This document shows positions 63,865 through 64,000 of a DNA stretch of 64,000 nucleotides, in pieces. Each line of letters opens with the position of its first letter. Within the stretch, counting starts at the first letter, position 1. Position numbers and translations under genes: made by a program. The stretch is from Octopus sinensis (taxonomy: Eukaryota). The notes below the pieces were generated by a model, which saw only the letters and a program-made list of their open reading frames with translations, did no database searches and had not been told where the DNA came from. The stretch is from assembly GCF_006345805.1 (NCBI RefSeq), contig NC_043025.1, positions 14,818,001 to 14,882,000 on the forward strand, read 5' to 3'.

Positions 63865-64000
63865 GAGGCGTCTTGGGAGGCTAGGTCATGTCAGCAGAAT
63901 GGATCCAGGACGGATTCCAAAGGACCTACTGTACGGACAGCTAGCGGAAGGCTCCAGAACAATGGGACGCCCCAAACTGCGTTTCAAGGATATCTGCAAG
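63865..64000 (+). mobile_element. RTE/BovB-like LINE fragment running off the window end
   Basis: RLGHVSRMDPGRIPKDLLYGQLAEGSRTMGRPKLRFKDICK. Confidence 0.85.

Noticed and set aside
58275-64000. First coding exon of the RasGAP
   Set aside because: No match to the expected N-terminal C2 strand (…VVEGKNLPAKD-like) was found; it probably lies beyond the window.

Overview
Eukaryotic, AT-rich, repeat-saturated DNA. The SINE, LINE and microsatellite content points to an octopus genome (inference). One spliced gene runs on the minus strand across almost the whole window: a GAP1-family RasGAP (RASAL1/RASA4 type; C2A-C2B-RasGAP-PH). I reconstructed 16 coding exons (58274 down to 647), all with GT-AG ends and compatible phases. 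The first coding exon and the Btk/C-terminal exons were not found and probably lie outside the window. The introns hold at least three tRNA-derived SINE families, RTE, CR1/L2 and R4/Dong-like LINE fragments, Tc1/maT/mariner elements and MITEs, Helitrons, Penelope-like termini and many microsatellites. Best leads: (1) an apparently intact minimal hammerhead ribozyme present on both strands inside a perfect 152-bp inverted repeat, with several related hammerhead-bearing repeats; (2) an ORF1-only retroelement whose 3' tail matches an abundant SINE; (3) TSD-flanked SINE multimers with the same breakpoint at two loci; (4) several zero-mismatch fold-back palindromes that are either very young or assembly artefacts. 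All alignments and family assignments were made by eye, without tools.
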